Assembly (NCBI RefSeq): GCF_004010195.1
Contig: NC_057719.1
Location: 84,990,558 to 85,054,557 of the forward strand
Reading direction: 5' to 3'
DNA from: Chiloscyllium plagiosum
Taxonomy: Eukaryota
Length of the DNA stretch: 64,000 bases
The notes below the pieces were generated by a model. That model was not told the origin of the DNA and did not search any database. It saw only the letters and a list, made by a program, of their open reading frames with translations. A program made the position numbers and the translations under genes. This document shows positions 37,333-51,589 of the stretch, in pieces (positions within the stretch are counted from its first letter, which is position 1; every line of letters begins with the position of its first letter).

Positions 37333-40244
37333 TGCAACAAAAGAGTTTGAATAGCCCTGCATTCTTAACATAGTTATGGATTTAACAGTACAATTTATGG
37401 AATAAGGGGTTACTTTTCTTTTTGACAAAAATTATGTACAACTCATATCTATCTTTTTCAACTCTTCTGCACTCGCAGCAGTGTTTATATTCAGTCTCAC
37501 TGTGGTAGTTAAAGCTACAATTTGATCCATTGCATTTTTCTTCTGAGCTCCTTTCAGACTTGCTCTTATGAGCATCAATAAATCCCATGCATTATCCATG
37601 TTACTTCCAGCATGCTCAAAGGTGTCCCACTCTATTACAAAGGAAATATTTAGACCTGCAGTTTTTACTTCCACTGTCAACAACTTTCTTTCTGCTCTGA
37701 AGAGGATCCTGGGATTTCCCAGCTGTCCTTTCTTTACCCTGGCTACTTGCTTTCCCTTCACTCTTCCATTTTCTATCCTTCTTACGTTAGCGAAGGTGAC
37801 AGTAAACATTTTTATAGATCAGCCCACATCAGCCATCTCCACTGTTCTAGCTGTTGCAATCCTCTGGCTTTCAACACAGATTCTAATTGATAGAGAGACT
37901 GAATTTTTAAATTCTTCCAAGAGAATAAGTTTCCTTAGAGATTGATACCTTGCTTTGAACCCAAATCCAATGCTATACTCTTTCAAATTCAATGTAGGTC
38001 GGTGCAGGCTGTTGCCTTAAATTTTTAAACTTTTTACCTTAATGCCTCAGGAGCTAACTCGTACTTATCAAGAATAGTCTTGTTTCGCTTTAAAACTGTG
38101 CCATAATCCATAGAAACCTCTTCCGAAAGCGATGCATAAATCTTATGAGCTCTTCCTGCCAACCTGCTCTGCATAGGCAGTGTCAAGATTTTCTTTGGCT
38201 ACTTTTTTATTTTCCTACTTTCTTGGATGACATAAAGAATGCCTTCACATTCTTTTCCTCAAATCTTGGAAGGGCTTACACAAGCTTAAACACTTCAAGA
38301 CTGGACTTCAAGGTATGGGGTAGGTTGTTGCTCATTAGAAATTTCCTTTGCGCCTGAGGCCTTTTTTGGTCTTCAGATTTCTAAGCTGGCAGTACCTATC
38401 TCTCTCTCTCTCTCTCTCTCTTCCCTTTTTCCTTTATTGCCTTTTTTCCCCCTTTGCAATTCTAATTCTGGCTGTTTAAGTACTCTTCCTTTTTTCTTTC
38501 TTCTCTCTGATACTCTTTTTCATCTTTCTGAAGTGCTCATTTAATCTCTCCAAAGTACTCCACATTTTAGATCTCATTTTAAAGCACTGACTTTTCTTTT
38601 CCTTAAATTCAAGCTTTTAAATGTCCATTGTCCTTTCAATTTCAAACCACTTCATTTATTTTTTATTCTCAAGCTACTTTCTTACTTTTTCAGGCTCAAG
38701 ATGCCTTAACTACACTGTATTCTTGCTAACTTAACTGATTCATCACTTGTTGTACCTAGTTCCTCTCGTAATTTCTTTAATTCAAAAAGTTTCTCTGCCT
38801 TCTTAGGTTTAAATGCAACTCCACTTTTAACTCCTTTGCCAATTTTATTACCTTAGTCGAATCGTGTGAACCATTCAGGAATACCTCTTTCACCTTTAAG
38901 AATGTTTTGGAAACTTGCAATGCCATTTTGGTTTTATAAGATGAAAAATTTGGAATAGGTCCTTCTACCCTTTAACAATTACTATTACTCTATGTCCAAT
39001 TTCACACTGCCCTTGTCCAAGATCCTAGATGAGCATTCATTTTTACAACACTGATGGGAGCAACATGTTGGTAATCAAGCCCCACTACTCCACAAACCAT
39101 ACCATTCTTGTGAAATCATTCTTTTCAAATCAACTACCAAAATTGGCCAAATTGTTACTTTTATTACTACTCTCCAGCATTAGGAAAGCAGTGGTGTGAC
39201 TGGTAATATAACTGGACTAATATTCCAAAATTCCATGTTTGTTCTGGGGACATAGGCTCAAATCTCACCATGGCAAATGGTGAAATTTGAATTCAATAAC
39301 AACCTGGAATTAAAAGCCATGGTGACCATGTGACCACTGTGGATTGTTATAAAAACCTGTCTGGTTCACTAATATACTTCAGGGAAGGAAATCTGCCATC
39401 TGGTCTGACCTATGTCCAACTTCAGACACAGCAATTTTGCTGACTTTTAATAATCCTCTATAGTGGCCTAACAAACCAGTCAGTTCAATTCGGAATGGAC
39501 AGTAAATGCTGGTCCAGCCAGTGATATCCACATCCCACGACTAAGTTGAAAAAAAAATGAAACTCTCTCCAAGTTCCTTTAACAAATTTAAGATTAAGTT
39601 AAGATTAATATTAACTGCAAATAAACACATGTATAAATCAAATGTGACAATACAGTTCTGTGGTGATGGTATAGGTTTTTAAATAAAGACAGGCTAAAGA
39701 AGAAAACCACCCCACTGATGACCTTTCAGGGATTATGAGATAGTCAGAGAAATTTAATATTTGAGAACTTTCTTAGATTCCCACAATTATTTCTCTGAGA
39801 GAGTTCTGTGCAACTGTCCTGCTGTAAAGTTACTTTTTGAGGAGATAGGAAAAAGTCTTATTTACTGCACACATTGGAGACATTTGTCTCTACTACACAG
39901 CCAACTTTGAAAAACAGACACTAGCTCCAGAAAGACGCTGCTAGCCAACCATCAGCACACAGACCTCATCACTTCAAAACCAAGTTTATCCAGAAGTTAA
40001 AGCCCTAAACTTCAACTATTATATCTCTCTTCAAAGCTTTGATTTCTCACTTTTCAAAGTTACACGATCTTCCTGTAATTAAGTCACAGCTCGTATTATC
40101 ATTGAGAAATTCCAAGATGTTACATGTCCCTTCAGAACTTTGCTTAACCCTTTTTGACCCAGAATGTCCTTCAATTCTATATTCCAATTCCCCATAGTTT
40201 TCAACTATAAATATCTATTTTTAACAATACATTCCCCATATCAC
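37333..40244 (-). mobile_element. Gmr1-like Gypsy LTR retrotransposon 5' half: LTR (~39042-40244), PBS, SCAN-like gag, Zn knuckle, start of protease
   Basis: Minus strand: LPRFEEKNVKAFF, GRAHKIYASLSEEVSMDY, YELAPEA, LRKLILLEEFKNS, decayed CCHC (YFLCNRVGHL*ACWK), decayed LRDTGA. PBS 39022-39039 matches 12/18 to the tRNA-Pro PBS. LTR limits approximate. Confidence 0.8.
39187..39558 (+). mobile_element. tRNA-derived SINE with a LINE-type tail, inserted in the LTR
   Basis: tRNA-like head (ggctcaaatctcacc), body ctggttcactaat...agggaaggaaatctgcc, tail taaatgctggtccagccagtga...cacatcccac, then an A-run. Confidence 0.65.
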
Positions 40245-40869
40245 AGAATTATGCACTTGAACCCCAAGGTCCCTCTGCTCCTCCCTCAAAATTGTACCAT
40301 TGAGCTTATATTGTCTTTCCATGTTTCTTCTACCAAAATGCATTACCTTACTTTTCTCTGCACTGAAATTCATCTGCCAGGTGTCTGCACATTTAGCCAA
40401 CTTGTCAACATCTTTCTGAAGTCACTCAGCATCATCTTCACAATTCACTATTCTCCCCAACTTTGTATCATCTGCAAATTTTGAGATTTTGCCCTGAACA
40501 CCCATCTTCAAATCATTTATATAAATCAGAGAAAGCAAGGGACCAAAAACCAATACTTGGGATCACCATTTAGAACTTTTCTTGAGTCTTCATTTGTCTT
40601 CAAATGTCTTCATTTTACTGAAATTAAGGACTACAACCTCACCACTTCCCAATCACTGCAGCTGACCAGGTCCTTGAAAGTGTCGCACATTCCAAACAAT
40701 TTCATCCCACACAAAGCCACAATAAAGGTTTCCCACGTCTTTCCATTCCCTTTCATCATTCTTAAAGGTCTGTTTCTTCCATAAGATTCTGGTCCATTCC
40801 CCAATAACCTCAACACTCCCATTCCATTTCAATAACATATTTCTATTCAAGTTATTTTATCTCCTTTTC

Positions 40870-41190
40870 TTCACTGTCCAAGGCACCTAACAAGCAAATT
40901 GGCCATTTACATGCATGTCTTGAGTTTTACTGTATTTACTTCTTCCAATGGAATCTGCTCCACAGTGGGAAGACAAAACACAGATTTGATTGTTGTTTTG
41001 TGGAATACCTCTGTTCAGATCACAAGCATGGCCGGTCTTCTGGCCACCTGTCGTTTTAATTCTCTTTTTCTCTCATACAAATCTCTCTACCCTTAAACTC
41101 CTGTAAGGGTCTAGTGAAGCTCAATTCAAGTTTAAGGAACAGCAGTCTATCTTTCAATTAAGTACAATTGAACTCAATTTTGCAGTTGTT
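40870..41190 (+). mobile_element. Decayed Penelope GIY-YIG endonuclease fragment
   Basis: Remnants of YCI.C..C.LLY.G.TK.RL..F.EHL...RFNS. Confidence 0.55.
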
Positions 41191-41356
41191 CACCAATCTG
41201 CCATTCAAATTTTCTCGAGACATATAATCTTTTTCTTTACCTGTTCCATCACCACTTTCCCTGGTTTTGCACTGTCAATTTGTTTGTCAGCTAATATCTC
41301 TTGTCTTGAATCCTATTTCAGATGTTCTCTTTTGTTGATTTTTCTCCCTCTCTATA

Positions 41357-41745
41357 GGGCGGCACGGTGGTTCAGTGGTCAGCAATGCTGTCCCACCGAG
41401 ACAGGGACCCAGACTGAATTCCATTCTCGGATGAATGTGTGTGTGAAGATTGCACATCCCCCTCCCCCCCCCGCCCACTGTCTGTGTGGGTTTCCTCTGG
41501 GTGCTCTATTTTCTCCCACAATCCAGAGATGTGCAAGGCTAGGTGGATTGGCCATGCTAACTTGCCCATAATGTCCAGGGATGTGGAGGCTAGGTGGATT
41601 AGCCACAGGAAATATAGGGTTTCAGGGATAGGGAGGATGTGTGGGTTTGGATGAGATGGTTTTTGGAGGATCGGTATGCATTTGATGGCCTGAATGGCCT
41701 GCTTCCACACTGTAAGGATTCTAGAATTCTATTCTATGATTCCAT
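41357..41745 (+). mobile_element. HE1-type SINE (diverged)
   Basis: gggcggcacggtggttcagtgg head, gtctgtgtgggtttcctctgggtgctc core, (attct) tail. Confidence 0.85.
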
Positions 41746-44700
41746 GATTATTTCAGCTGCTTAAACCCTATTATGTTTTTACTTTGTCCAGTCCTGTCAA
41801 AAGGTTACTGACCTGAAATGTTAATTGGTTTCTCTCTCCACAGATGCTGGCAGACCTGCAGAGATTTTTCAGCATTATCTGTTTTTGTTTCAGATTTCCA
41901 TCATCTATAGCATTTTGATCCTGTACCAAAGTCTCTAAGCTTGATTAACTTAATTGTACTGAACCCCTATCAATGCACCAAATGGATACATAGGGTTTGC
42001 GCAGTTAATGCTATGATATTGCAATACTACATATTCCAATGTGAAGTTAACAGTGCACATCCAGTGTGCAACTTTTGACAAATTAATAAGCCTGTAACAA
42101 CAGATATGTGGACAGATTAGAGAAACTGGAATTGTTTTTCCTAGCAGGAAGATTCTCTATCAGAAAAGGTTCAGGGGTAATTCAATAGAAGTGTTAAAAC
42201 TGTGAGGGGGATTGATCAAATAAAATTTGAAAAATGCTTCCAGTGGCATAAGTAGCACCCAGACAGCACAGAAGTATGGTAATTGCCAAAAAGAAAAGTG
42301 ACAGTGCATTCAGGTATAGAGATTAAATCAGCAGTGTGCTTCTGGTGTATAATCACCTGCTCCCCTCACTTCCACCCCCAGTCCTGAAGAAGGGTTATAC
42401 CAAAACATTGACTTCTCTATCTCCTGATGCTGCCTGGCTTGCTGTGTTCTTCCAGCCTCCTGTTTGTCTACTTTGGATTCCAGCATCTGCAGTTGTTTTA
42501 TCTCTAACTAAGTGACAGCTTTGTGTTTGTAATACATTTGCATGCCATGAATATTCTTTAGCATAAACCTTTTAGAAAGACAATCTATCTTCAAGTTCAT
42601 TTAAAGGTGGTGTGTCAAGAACTTTTTCACAGTTGTGTCTGATGTCATCCATTTTCCTAGTGTCACATTGAAGCCTGGTGTAAGCAAGGGTGGGTTAGGG
42701 GTGAAGGAATAGGGTTTGAAATCTGAGGGTTCAATTGAATACAAGGTTGTAAGGGCATACAAGAGAGGTTAAAAGTGGTGGCAGGGACATGGAAGAGTAA
42801 GGTAAGAAAGACATGGCTTCCTATGGTGGGGTGCCGAGGAACATCCAGGCAAAATAAGAAAATAAGAAGGCTAAAAGGTGGGGATAATATTGTCCAAATG
42901 TGTATCAATGTTAGGCTGGCTGAGTCTTTACTGAGCTTTGAGTTCACCCATCACACTTCAATCATCCCCACTGAGATTTCTCTCAGAGAATATGCCTTAA
43001 AATGCAAAGGGAGGGAGGGCTAGCTGAACCTCCAAGTTTAGTCATGTCACACATAATGAAAAGAGAAACACATGAACCTTCAATCAAGAGTGAACAAAAG
43101 AAACACTGCATTAGTTCTTCCATGGTACAGGAGATGTTCCTAACTCCCTTGTAACCATCACTATTTGTAACAATCAATATTTGCCAGCCATGAGGACTAC
43201 CAGCATATTTAGCTCTCTGAGTAAGCTTGTCACAAAGATGAATAAGGTGAAACCAATGTGATTTGAATGACGATTTTGTTTTACCTCTGTAGATTAGGAT
43301 GCTCTATAAGGTGTAAATTTGCAAGTGAAATTTAAATTTGGAGAAAAAAAAATCCATTCGACCTTTGTGCTCTTAATAAGTGTTATGTTAATGCCAATGA
43401 AGTTGAAAAGTTATACAGCTTCCTTGCTTGACTAGGACTTTTATAGCTCACCTGGAACTGCTGTATTGTCAGCTGACTGTGGATTTCATTGTCCAAAAGT
43501 TTCCTCTGACATGGAATTACATGTCTCCTGCACACATCACTGGCATTTCAAATTGAATTGTGATTGAAGAGAAATAGTAAGAGAGTTGAAGCAGCACACA
43601 CATTTGGATCTGCTGCTGGGACTGCCACACTGATCAAGACTCAGTGATTTGGGTCTTGTCAGTGCCAAATATTGTAATTTGAGGTGTGTGCCACTAGATG
43701 TCCTGTATGAGCTAGGTAAAGGAAAATAGTGCGATACCGTTAAATCCACAGGTCTCTCATCACTAACATCCACTTATCCGGAGCTTCCTGAGAAGTTCAG
43801 CCATTTTTGATTTACTAAATGTAATTATTTTAGATCATTTTGGTCTTAGGTAAAGTTTGAAGATAACTGAGCAGCCACAACAATGCTTACAAACCTAGCA
43901 TAGTGGATCTCTGATTTGCTTCAGTCGTGCAACTGTGAAACCTTCATATTGTGGACTTCATTTAAACATATAAAAGATTTATCTTACATCACAATACAAT
44001 TTCTAGGCAATTAGCATCTTGAACAAGAGTCTACCGAGAGAAATTGTCTGGAACACTTAAAATGACTAGCAAAACAGCCAAAGATAAAATGAGGAAAACC
44101 TCTTGTATGTAGTGAATGGCCCCCATCTAGAAAGCACTGTTTGAATTAGCAGAGAACACAGTCAACTCCACTTTCCTACCTTATCACCACAACCCTTGAT
44201 ATCCTTAATGATTAAAAATCTATCTCAGTTTTGAATATTCTTAATGACCCAGTCTCAACAGTCCTCTGCAGCAAAGAATTACATAGATTCACTACCCACT
44301 GAGAGAAGAAATGCCATCCTGAAAATGCCCCCCTTATCACAACTTTATCTTCTATTATTTATCCAATCTCCTCTACACATTAATATTCCACCTCCAACAC
44401 AATGGGCTCTTATGAAGTAGTCTAATGTTTGGTACCTTATTAAATACCTTTTGAACATTCTAATGTATTACATCTATTGCTTCCCTTTTATCTATACTAC
44501 TTGTTATCTCTTCAAGTAAATTCAAAGATTTGCAGTAAATTTGGCAGGCATGATTTCCTCATCATGAAGCCATGATTATCTGCTTGATCATATCAGGTAC
44601 TTCTAAAACTCTACTATTACATCCTTCATAATAGACTCCACCATTTTCCCTACAATAGATGTTAAGCTAACTGGCCCATAGTTATCTGGTTTACTGTCTT

Positions 44701-46218
44701 CTTCCATTTTTAAATAAAGGTTTTACATTGGCAGTTTTCCAATCCTCTGAGACATTTCCAGAGTTTTCAGTATCTAAGGACTTACCCATCTTTAGCCTTA
44801 CGAGTTATTGTATTTATTTATTCTTCCCTTTTTGTCCCTTGTTTATTTAGTAATTTTGGAATGTTATTAGTGTCTTCTACTGTGAAGACTGATGCAAAGT
44901 ATTTATTCAACTCCTATTGTCATTCTCTAAGGGTCCGATATTCAATTTAGCTTCTCTCTTCAGTATATTTAAAGAAGATTTCTTGTCTGCCTTGAAAGCT
45001 TATCTTGTTCCTCTTTATTATTGTTTGGGTGTCTTTTGTTGGTTTTTTGAAACTTTCCCAATCCACTAACTAACCATAATCTTTGCCACATTGTATATTT
45101 TTCTTCCAATGGGTGTTAGCCTCAACATCCCTGGTTAACTATGGCTGCCTTATCTCCTTCCTAGAATCCTTCTTTTTCACTCGGATACTTCTTTGCTGTG
45201 AGCTGTGAATTTTTTTTAGATGTCTCCCATCATTCCTCATTAAGTCTATGCTGCTATACTCCTTTCCCAGTCCACCCCAGATATCTCTGCCCTCATTCCA
45301 AATTTTCCTTGAAGTCACACCCCATTCTGATTTGAACACATATCATAAGTTCTTCTTCATGGTTGAGTCAAAATCCTGGAATTCTCTACCAAAAACACTG
45401 TTAGAGCACCTTCACTGCATTGACTGCAGTGGTTCAAGAAGGTGGCTCACTGTCACCTCAAGGCCAATTAGTGATAGGCAATAAGTACTAGTGTTACTGG
45501 TGACACCATTTGACTTAAAAAGGTCAATGACTGTAAAGTACTGAACAATGGATGCTGTACAATACATCTTTGGGTGCACAATATAGGTGGTATCACCAGA
45601 TTGCATCTTTATGTCCATAAAAAAACAAAAGTACTGTGTAGGGTAGCTGTTCGCAAGTGACGTGCCCCTTGAAACTGGTTTCAACAGCCTTTGAGAGCAC
45701 AGATATGGAGATTTCCAAATGCATAATCTTGGCTGATTAAATAATAGTAAATTCTGCAATTGAGTCCAGCAAGCAACTGACAGCACCACAAGAGTATGAG
45801 TCTGTCCAACGGTAGAAATTGCATGTTAGGATTCATTACCGATATTCAATGCTATCTTTCTGGACTAAGTTACAATGCTCAAGTACAGCTGCAATAGCTC
45901 CTGGCATAAATTGGATGGTTTGGCATAGGTCCTATAAATTTCTGAGGCACTTTTCTTGGCATAGAAATATGTGGCTTTTATTGCTTGACCACATCTCTGC
46001 AATGTTTTAAAGTCAGGTTTCTGGCATACAGTGAAGGAATCCTTACCTAGCTTGTTGCTTGAATAGTCTTGGATAGCACCAAACACAGCAGCAACATGTG
46101 AGTTTTGTCTGCTGCCTGCATGTAACTGAAGTATTTTGTTGCAGGCAGAAATTAATTTTTCATAATATGTCTTGGCAAGTCTAACTTGTCCATATTCAGC
46201 TCTCTGAACTTGGCCTAC

Positions 46219-46294
46219 CTTGAAACAATATCCAGCTTTGATACGATTCTGGACGGTCTCATCGTCAGCCTGTTTGCCACATAGGATAGCATAC
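46219..46294 (-). CDS. RMDN3: Internal coding exon of an RMDN (FAM82/PTPIP51) family TPR protein; (W)YAILCGKQADDETVQNRIKAGYCFK
   Basis: Minus strand: acceptor tttctatttcag, 76 nt exon (1 nt completing a Trp codon + 25 codons), donor AAG|gtaggc. Peptide resembles the WYAVLCG...RI..G..FK segment of vertebrate RMDN2/3. The paralog call (RMDN3 over RMDN2) is tentative. Confidence 0.88.
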
Positions 46295-46593
46295 CTGAAA
46301 TAGAAAGGTATGATGTTACATGCACTGAAAACAAAACATAATATGGCTTTACTTCAGTTGGTTTAGTTGTCGAATGTGCACATTCAGCGGCTGCTCAGTA
46401 ACCATCAGAGAAAATCCAGATTCTGTGACCCTTTTCACAGTTAATTAAGAATCTGGCTGCGAGCATTACATTCAGAACAAGACAAAGCCACTTGGTGCAT
46501 GAAAGCTCACTTCTCCAATATCCAAGTGTACTAATCTTAGTCATGTGTGTTCCACCTTTCCCAGCAGACTGTTTCAATAATTTATCACTGAGT

Positions 46594-48540
46594 ACATAGA
46601 ACATAACAGCGCAGTACAGGCCCTTCGGCCCTCGATGTTGTGCTGAACCGTGGAACCAATCTGAAACTCATCTATCCCATACTATATCATTTTCACATAT
46701 ATGTTAATCCAATGACCATTTAAATTCCGTTAAAGTTGGCAAGTCTATTACTGTTGAAGCCAGGGCGTTCCACCTCCCTACTACTTTCTGAGTAAGGAAA
46801 CTACGCCTGATATCTGTCCTATACCTATCACCCCTCAATTTAAAGCTATATCCCCTCGTGCTAGCCATCACCATCCAAGGAAAAAAAGTTCTCACTGTCC
46901 ACCCTATCTAACCCTCTGATAATCTTGTATGTTTCAATTAAGTCATCTTTCAACTTTCTTCTCTCTAATGAAAACAGTCTCAGGTTTCTCATAAGTCCTT
47001 CCCTTCACACCAGGCAACATCCAAGTAAATCTCCTCTGAACCCTCTCCAAAGCTTCCACATACTTCCTATAGTGTGGTGACCAGAACTGTTCGAAATATT
47101 TCAAGTGTGGCCACACCAGAGTTTTGAACAGCTGCAACGTGACCTCATGGATCCGAAACTCAGTCCCTCTACCAATAAAAGCCAATACACCATATGCCTT
47201 CTTAACAACCCTATCAATCTGGGTGGCAACTTTCAGGGATCTATGTATATGGACACCAAGATCTCTTTGCTCATCTACACTACCAAGAATCCTACCATTA
47301 TCCCAGTACTCTGTATTCCTATTGCTCCTGCCAATGTGAATCACCTCATATTTTTCTACATTAAACTCCATTTGCCACCTCTCAGCCCAGCTTTGCAGCT
47401 TATCTAAGCCCCTCTGTAACTTGCAGCATCCTTCGGCATTATCTACAAATCTACTTATCTTAGTGTCATTTGCAAATTTACTAACCCATTCTTCTACGCT
47501 CTCATTCAGGTCATTTATAAAAATGACGAACAGCAGTGGGCCCAAAGCACATCCTTGCAGTACACCACTAGTAACTGAACACCAGGATGAACATTTCCTA
47601 TCAACCACCACCCTATGTCTTCTTTCAGCTAGCCAGTTTCTGATCTAAACTGCTAAATCACTCATAATCCCATGCCTCGATATTTTGTGCAGTAGCCTAC
47701 CATGTGGAACCTCATCAAAAACCATACTGAAATCCACATACACCACATCAACTGCTTTACCCTCATCGACCTGTTTGGTCACCTTCTCAAAGAACTCAAT
47801 ACAGTTTGTGAGGCACAACGTTCCCCTCACAAAACTGTGTTGATTATCCCTAATCAACCTATTCCTCTTTAGATCATTATAAATCCAAACACTTATAACC
47901 TTTTCCAACACTTCACCCACAACCGAAGTAAGGCTCACAAGTCTATAATTACCAGGGTTGTCTCTACTCCCGTTCTTGAACGGGGAACAACATTTCCTAT
48001 CCTTCTCCAGTTTTCTGGCACTATTCTTGTAGACAATGATGACATAAAGATCAAAGCCAAAGGCTCTAAAATCTTCTTCTTGGCTTCCCACAGAATCCGA
48101 AGATAAATCCCATTCGGCTCAGGAGATTTATCTGTTTTCGCACTTTTCAGAATTGCTACCATCTCCTCCTTGTGAACCTCAATGCCATCTAGTCTAGTAG
48201 CCTGTATCTCAGTATTCTCCTTGACAACGTTGTGTTTTTCCAGTGTGAATACCAACAAAGAAAATTCATTTAGCACTTCTCCTACCTCCTTGGACTCCAT
48301 ACACAACTTTCCACTACTGCTCTTGATTGGTCAGAACCTTATTCTAGTCATTCTTTTATTCCTAATATACCTCTAGAAAGCTTTAGGGTCTTCCTTGATC
48401 CTTTCTGCCAATGACTTCTCATGTCTGCTCCTGGCTCTTCTTAGCTCTCGCTTTAGGTCTTTCCTGGCTAACTTGTAACTCTCAACTGTCCTAACGGTGC
48501 TTTCATGTCACATCCTAACATAAGCTGCCTTCTTCCCCTT
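46594..48540 (-). mobile_element. CR1/HER1 LINE ORF2 fragment (RT)
   Basis: NPGNYRLVSLTSVVG, GVLQGCALGPLLFVIFINDL, FANDTK, QFWSPHYRK, plus tail. Confidence 0.92.
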
Positions 48541-50992
48541 CTAGCTAGATTTCAGCATACTCACAAAAAAAAGTACATTTTGAGAAGGTATAGCCCTACA
48601 GTCTGGTTTAATCTTCTACTTATCTTTTACAAAATCAGTTTAAATTCACATCCATGATGCATCGCAAAGTGAATAAAATACTAAACTATTGTGCATGAAC
48701 TGAAACCATTAAGCTTTCCAAAGTTTGAGAGATCAAGCTGATTTTCCAGACTTTTCCCCAATGGAACAATAACCATGATGACAAATGTCCTGAAAGGAGC
48801 AGGCAGGCAATGCACTTGGCAGTGTGAAAACATGCCTCCAGAAAAGAAACAAAAATAAATCCAGAAAGAAAAATTGCTGAGAACATATGTGGTTTCTCAA
48901 AATTCAAACCACCCTAAGTTGGCTGAAAAAGTACATTTTACAGATTTGAGAAGGGAACTTTGAACAGCTCATCAACCACCATGTTAAGAATACAAATTTC
49001 TTACAGCTAGGAGTCCAGCTGCCAACATGAACAAGCATTTGGTAAAGACTTTTTGGTGGTTCTGATAAACTGAAACATGGAGCTTTAAAGAAAAAAAGTA
49101 CACTGAAACTTTAAAGAAAAAAACAAAATTACTAGATACAGTTCACAACTCATTACAGAAAGCACCTTCATGCAAAGATTGTAATTATGACAGATTAAGA
49201 AAGAGGTTTTGATTTCATCACTCGAAATCAAATGAAGTTTAATTTTCATGACTTCACAGTTATTTCAATAGTAGATATGAGGCGAATTTAAAATTATGGC
49301 TTAAGGATGACGAGACAGCTGAAATTTGCTTTCAGTTTCCAACTGTTACCTCATGTCACAGATAATAGTAGGGTCAATGATAAACACAATGATGGAAACA
49401 GTTGCAACTCCACAAGACTCTTTATAACTTAAAACCATAATGCATATATTGGCAGAATAATTTTTGGGCACTATTTTACAGGCAAGATTTCAAGCAAAGC
49501 CATCAATCTTGGAGAAAATTAAATTATAATTTTCTAGTGATAATTCTTCAAGCATTTAACTGAAAAGATTAGCATTCTTGCTCCACACCCTACTCTGGGT
49601 TTTTATTTTTTGGAATTATTATGAACAATAAAACAAAGAGATATCTAAAACAAATTTGAGGAGACATCTTTTCTCAAAGAGGGTCATGAGTCTTTGGAAC
49701 TCGCTTCCTTAAATTCAGAATCAGGTTCTTGGAATATTTTTAAGGAAAACGTAGATAAATTCTTGATAAGCAAGGACATGAAACGTTATCAGGTGCAGGC
49801 AGGAATGTGAAATCATCAGATTTTATTGAATGGCACAGCTGGTTCAAACAGCCCTATTTTCTATTCGATTCTAATTCTAATTTGTATAGTCATATGCTCA
49901 CGGTCATCATTACTGAGGCTAGCATTCAATTACAGATTTTATTTATTGAATTTAAGTTTCAATCACTGCTGTGGTGGGCTTTGAAATTGAACAACCAAAA
50001 TAATACTGGATATCATAAAAAGAAATCACCAACATGTGTATTTTCAAATTATTGTCCGAGTATAAGAGTTCTATTAGAGGAACTGAAATTCCCAGAACAA
50101 ATATACCAGGCTAGTCACAGTTCACTGAAGCATAAAGTGACTCTTATGTTCTCTTCATGAGAAATAACACAACACATAACTGCTTTCCACATAACTGAAC
50201 TCATTTCAAATTCAAATCTTGGGTATATAGGATTTTGTAACTATAAGATTCTTTATTTTGAATTCCAAAGTCCATCTACAGAGCTGGCATGACAGAATTT
50301 TCTGTTGAAAACAGATTCAACTGATTTGGTATGCTTTTCCTGGTGTTCCCAGAAATTATATTTAACCCATCATGTCCAATTTCTTTGTGTTTGCAGATGT
50401 ACTATTCTAAGGACCAACAGTTAACCCAGATGTAAAAATACTCAAATGTTTTGATTGTCCTTTACTCTTTAAATATTTTTAACTGACTATTTAATATTTT
50501 ACTCTTGTTCAGAACCATGTTGCAAAATTCAGTTTGTAAATATGTCAATTGAATTTACTCTAAATTTTGAAATTTTAAAACTTTATTTTTTAAATTATCT
50601 GTGCCAGAGACACCAGCACATAGTGGAATACAACTCTGCATTTATTGCTAGATCGATCTAAAAGGGCATTCTTTATCAACAAGTCAAATAGCATACTGGC
50701 ATTTTAATTAATGGCAAGCCTAAATCTATTGATCCCCAATACAGAAAGTACATTTTTCAGCCAGAGCCACTGGACAATGATTAGGAACAAGATAAATAGA
50801 GGTAGCAATCTGATGGACTAAAATGTTTGTTGCTTTCCACAGCAAACACGCAAACTCCTGGGTGAGATGAGTTCTAATACTGGTTCATTATGACTTTGCG
50901 AAGAATCTTAAGTGTTTCCCTATGTTCTGATGCAATATAAATGGGAACCAATCATGGAGGGGTTATTTTATATTATTATCCAGTCAAGGTTT

Positions 50993-51298
50993 GATTAGAT
51001 TACTTACAGCATGGAAACAGGCCCTTCGGCCCAACAAGTCCACACCGCCCCGCCGAAGCGCAACCCACCCATACCCCTACATTTACCTCTTACCTAACAC
51101 TACGGGCAATTTAGCATGGCCAATTCACCTGACCTGCACATCTTTGGACTGTGGGAGGAAACCGGAGCACCCGGAGGAAACCCACGCAGACAGGGGGAGA
51201 ACGTGCAAACTCCACACAGTCAGTCGCCTGAGGCGGGAATTGAACCCGGGTCTCTGCCGCTGTGTGGCGCTGCTAACCACTGTGCCACCGTGCCGCCC
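50993..51298 (-). mobile_element. HE1-type SINE, full length and young
   Basis: Near-identical reverse complement of the 16056-16370 copy. Confidence 0.92.
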
Positions 51299-51589
51299 AC
51301 GGTTGTTGCAGTATAGCAAACTTATCTAGTAATAATTGCTTCTTTGAGTCTGTGGCAAAGAATCAAGCCTGCTGTCAGGCTATTTCTCCTTCAGACAGCT
51401 CAGTTACTGTTTGATGTAAACTGAAGCCAAACTTCCCTTCTTAGCTTCAAATCTACCTCACACAACTACAGGAGCTCTTCCATTGTAAATCTAGTTCTGA
51501 TCCATGTAGAACTTGGACACATATTAATAGATTATGCTTATTAGGACTTGATTATCATTGATGAAAAATAGGGAAAATCAAAATGCTTT

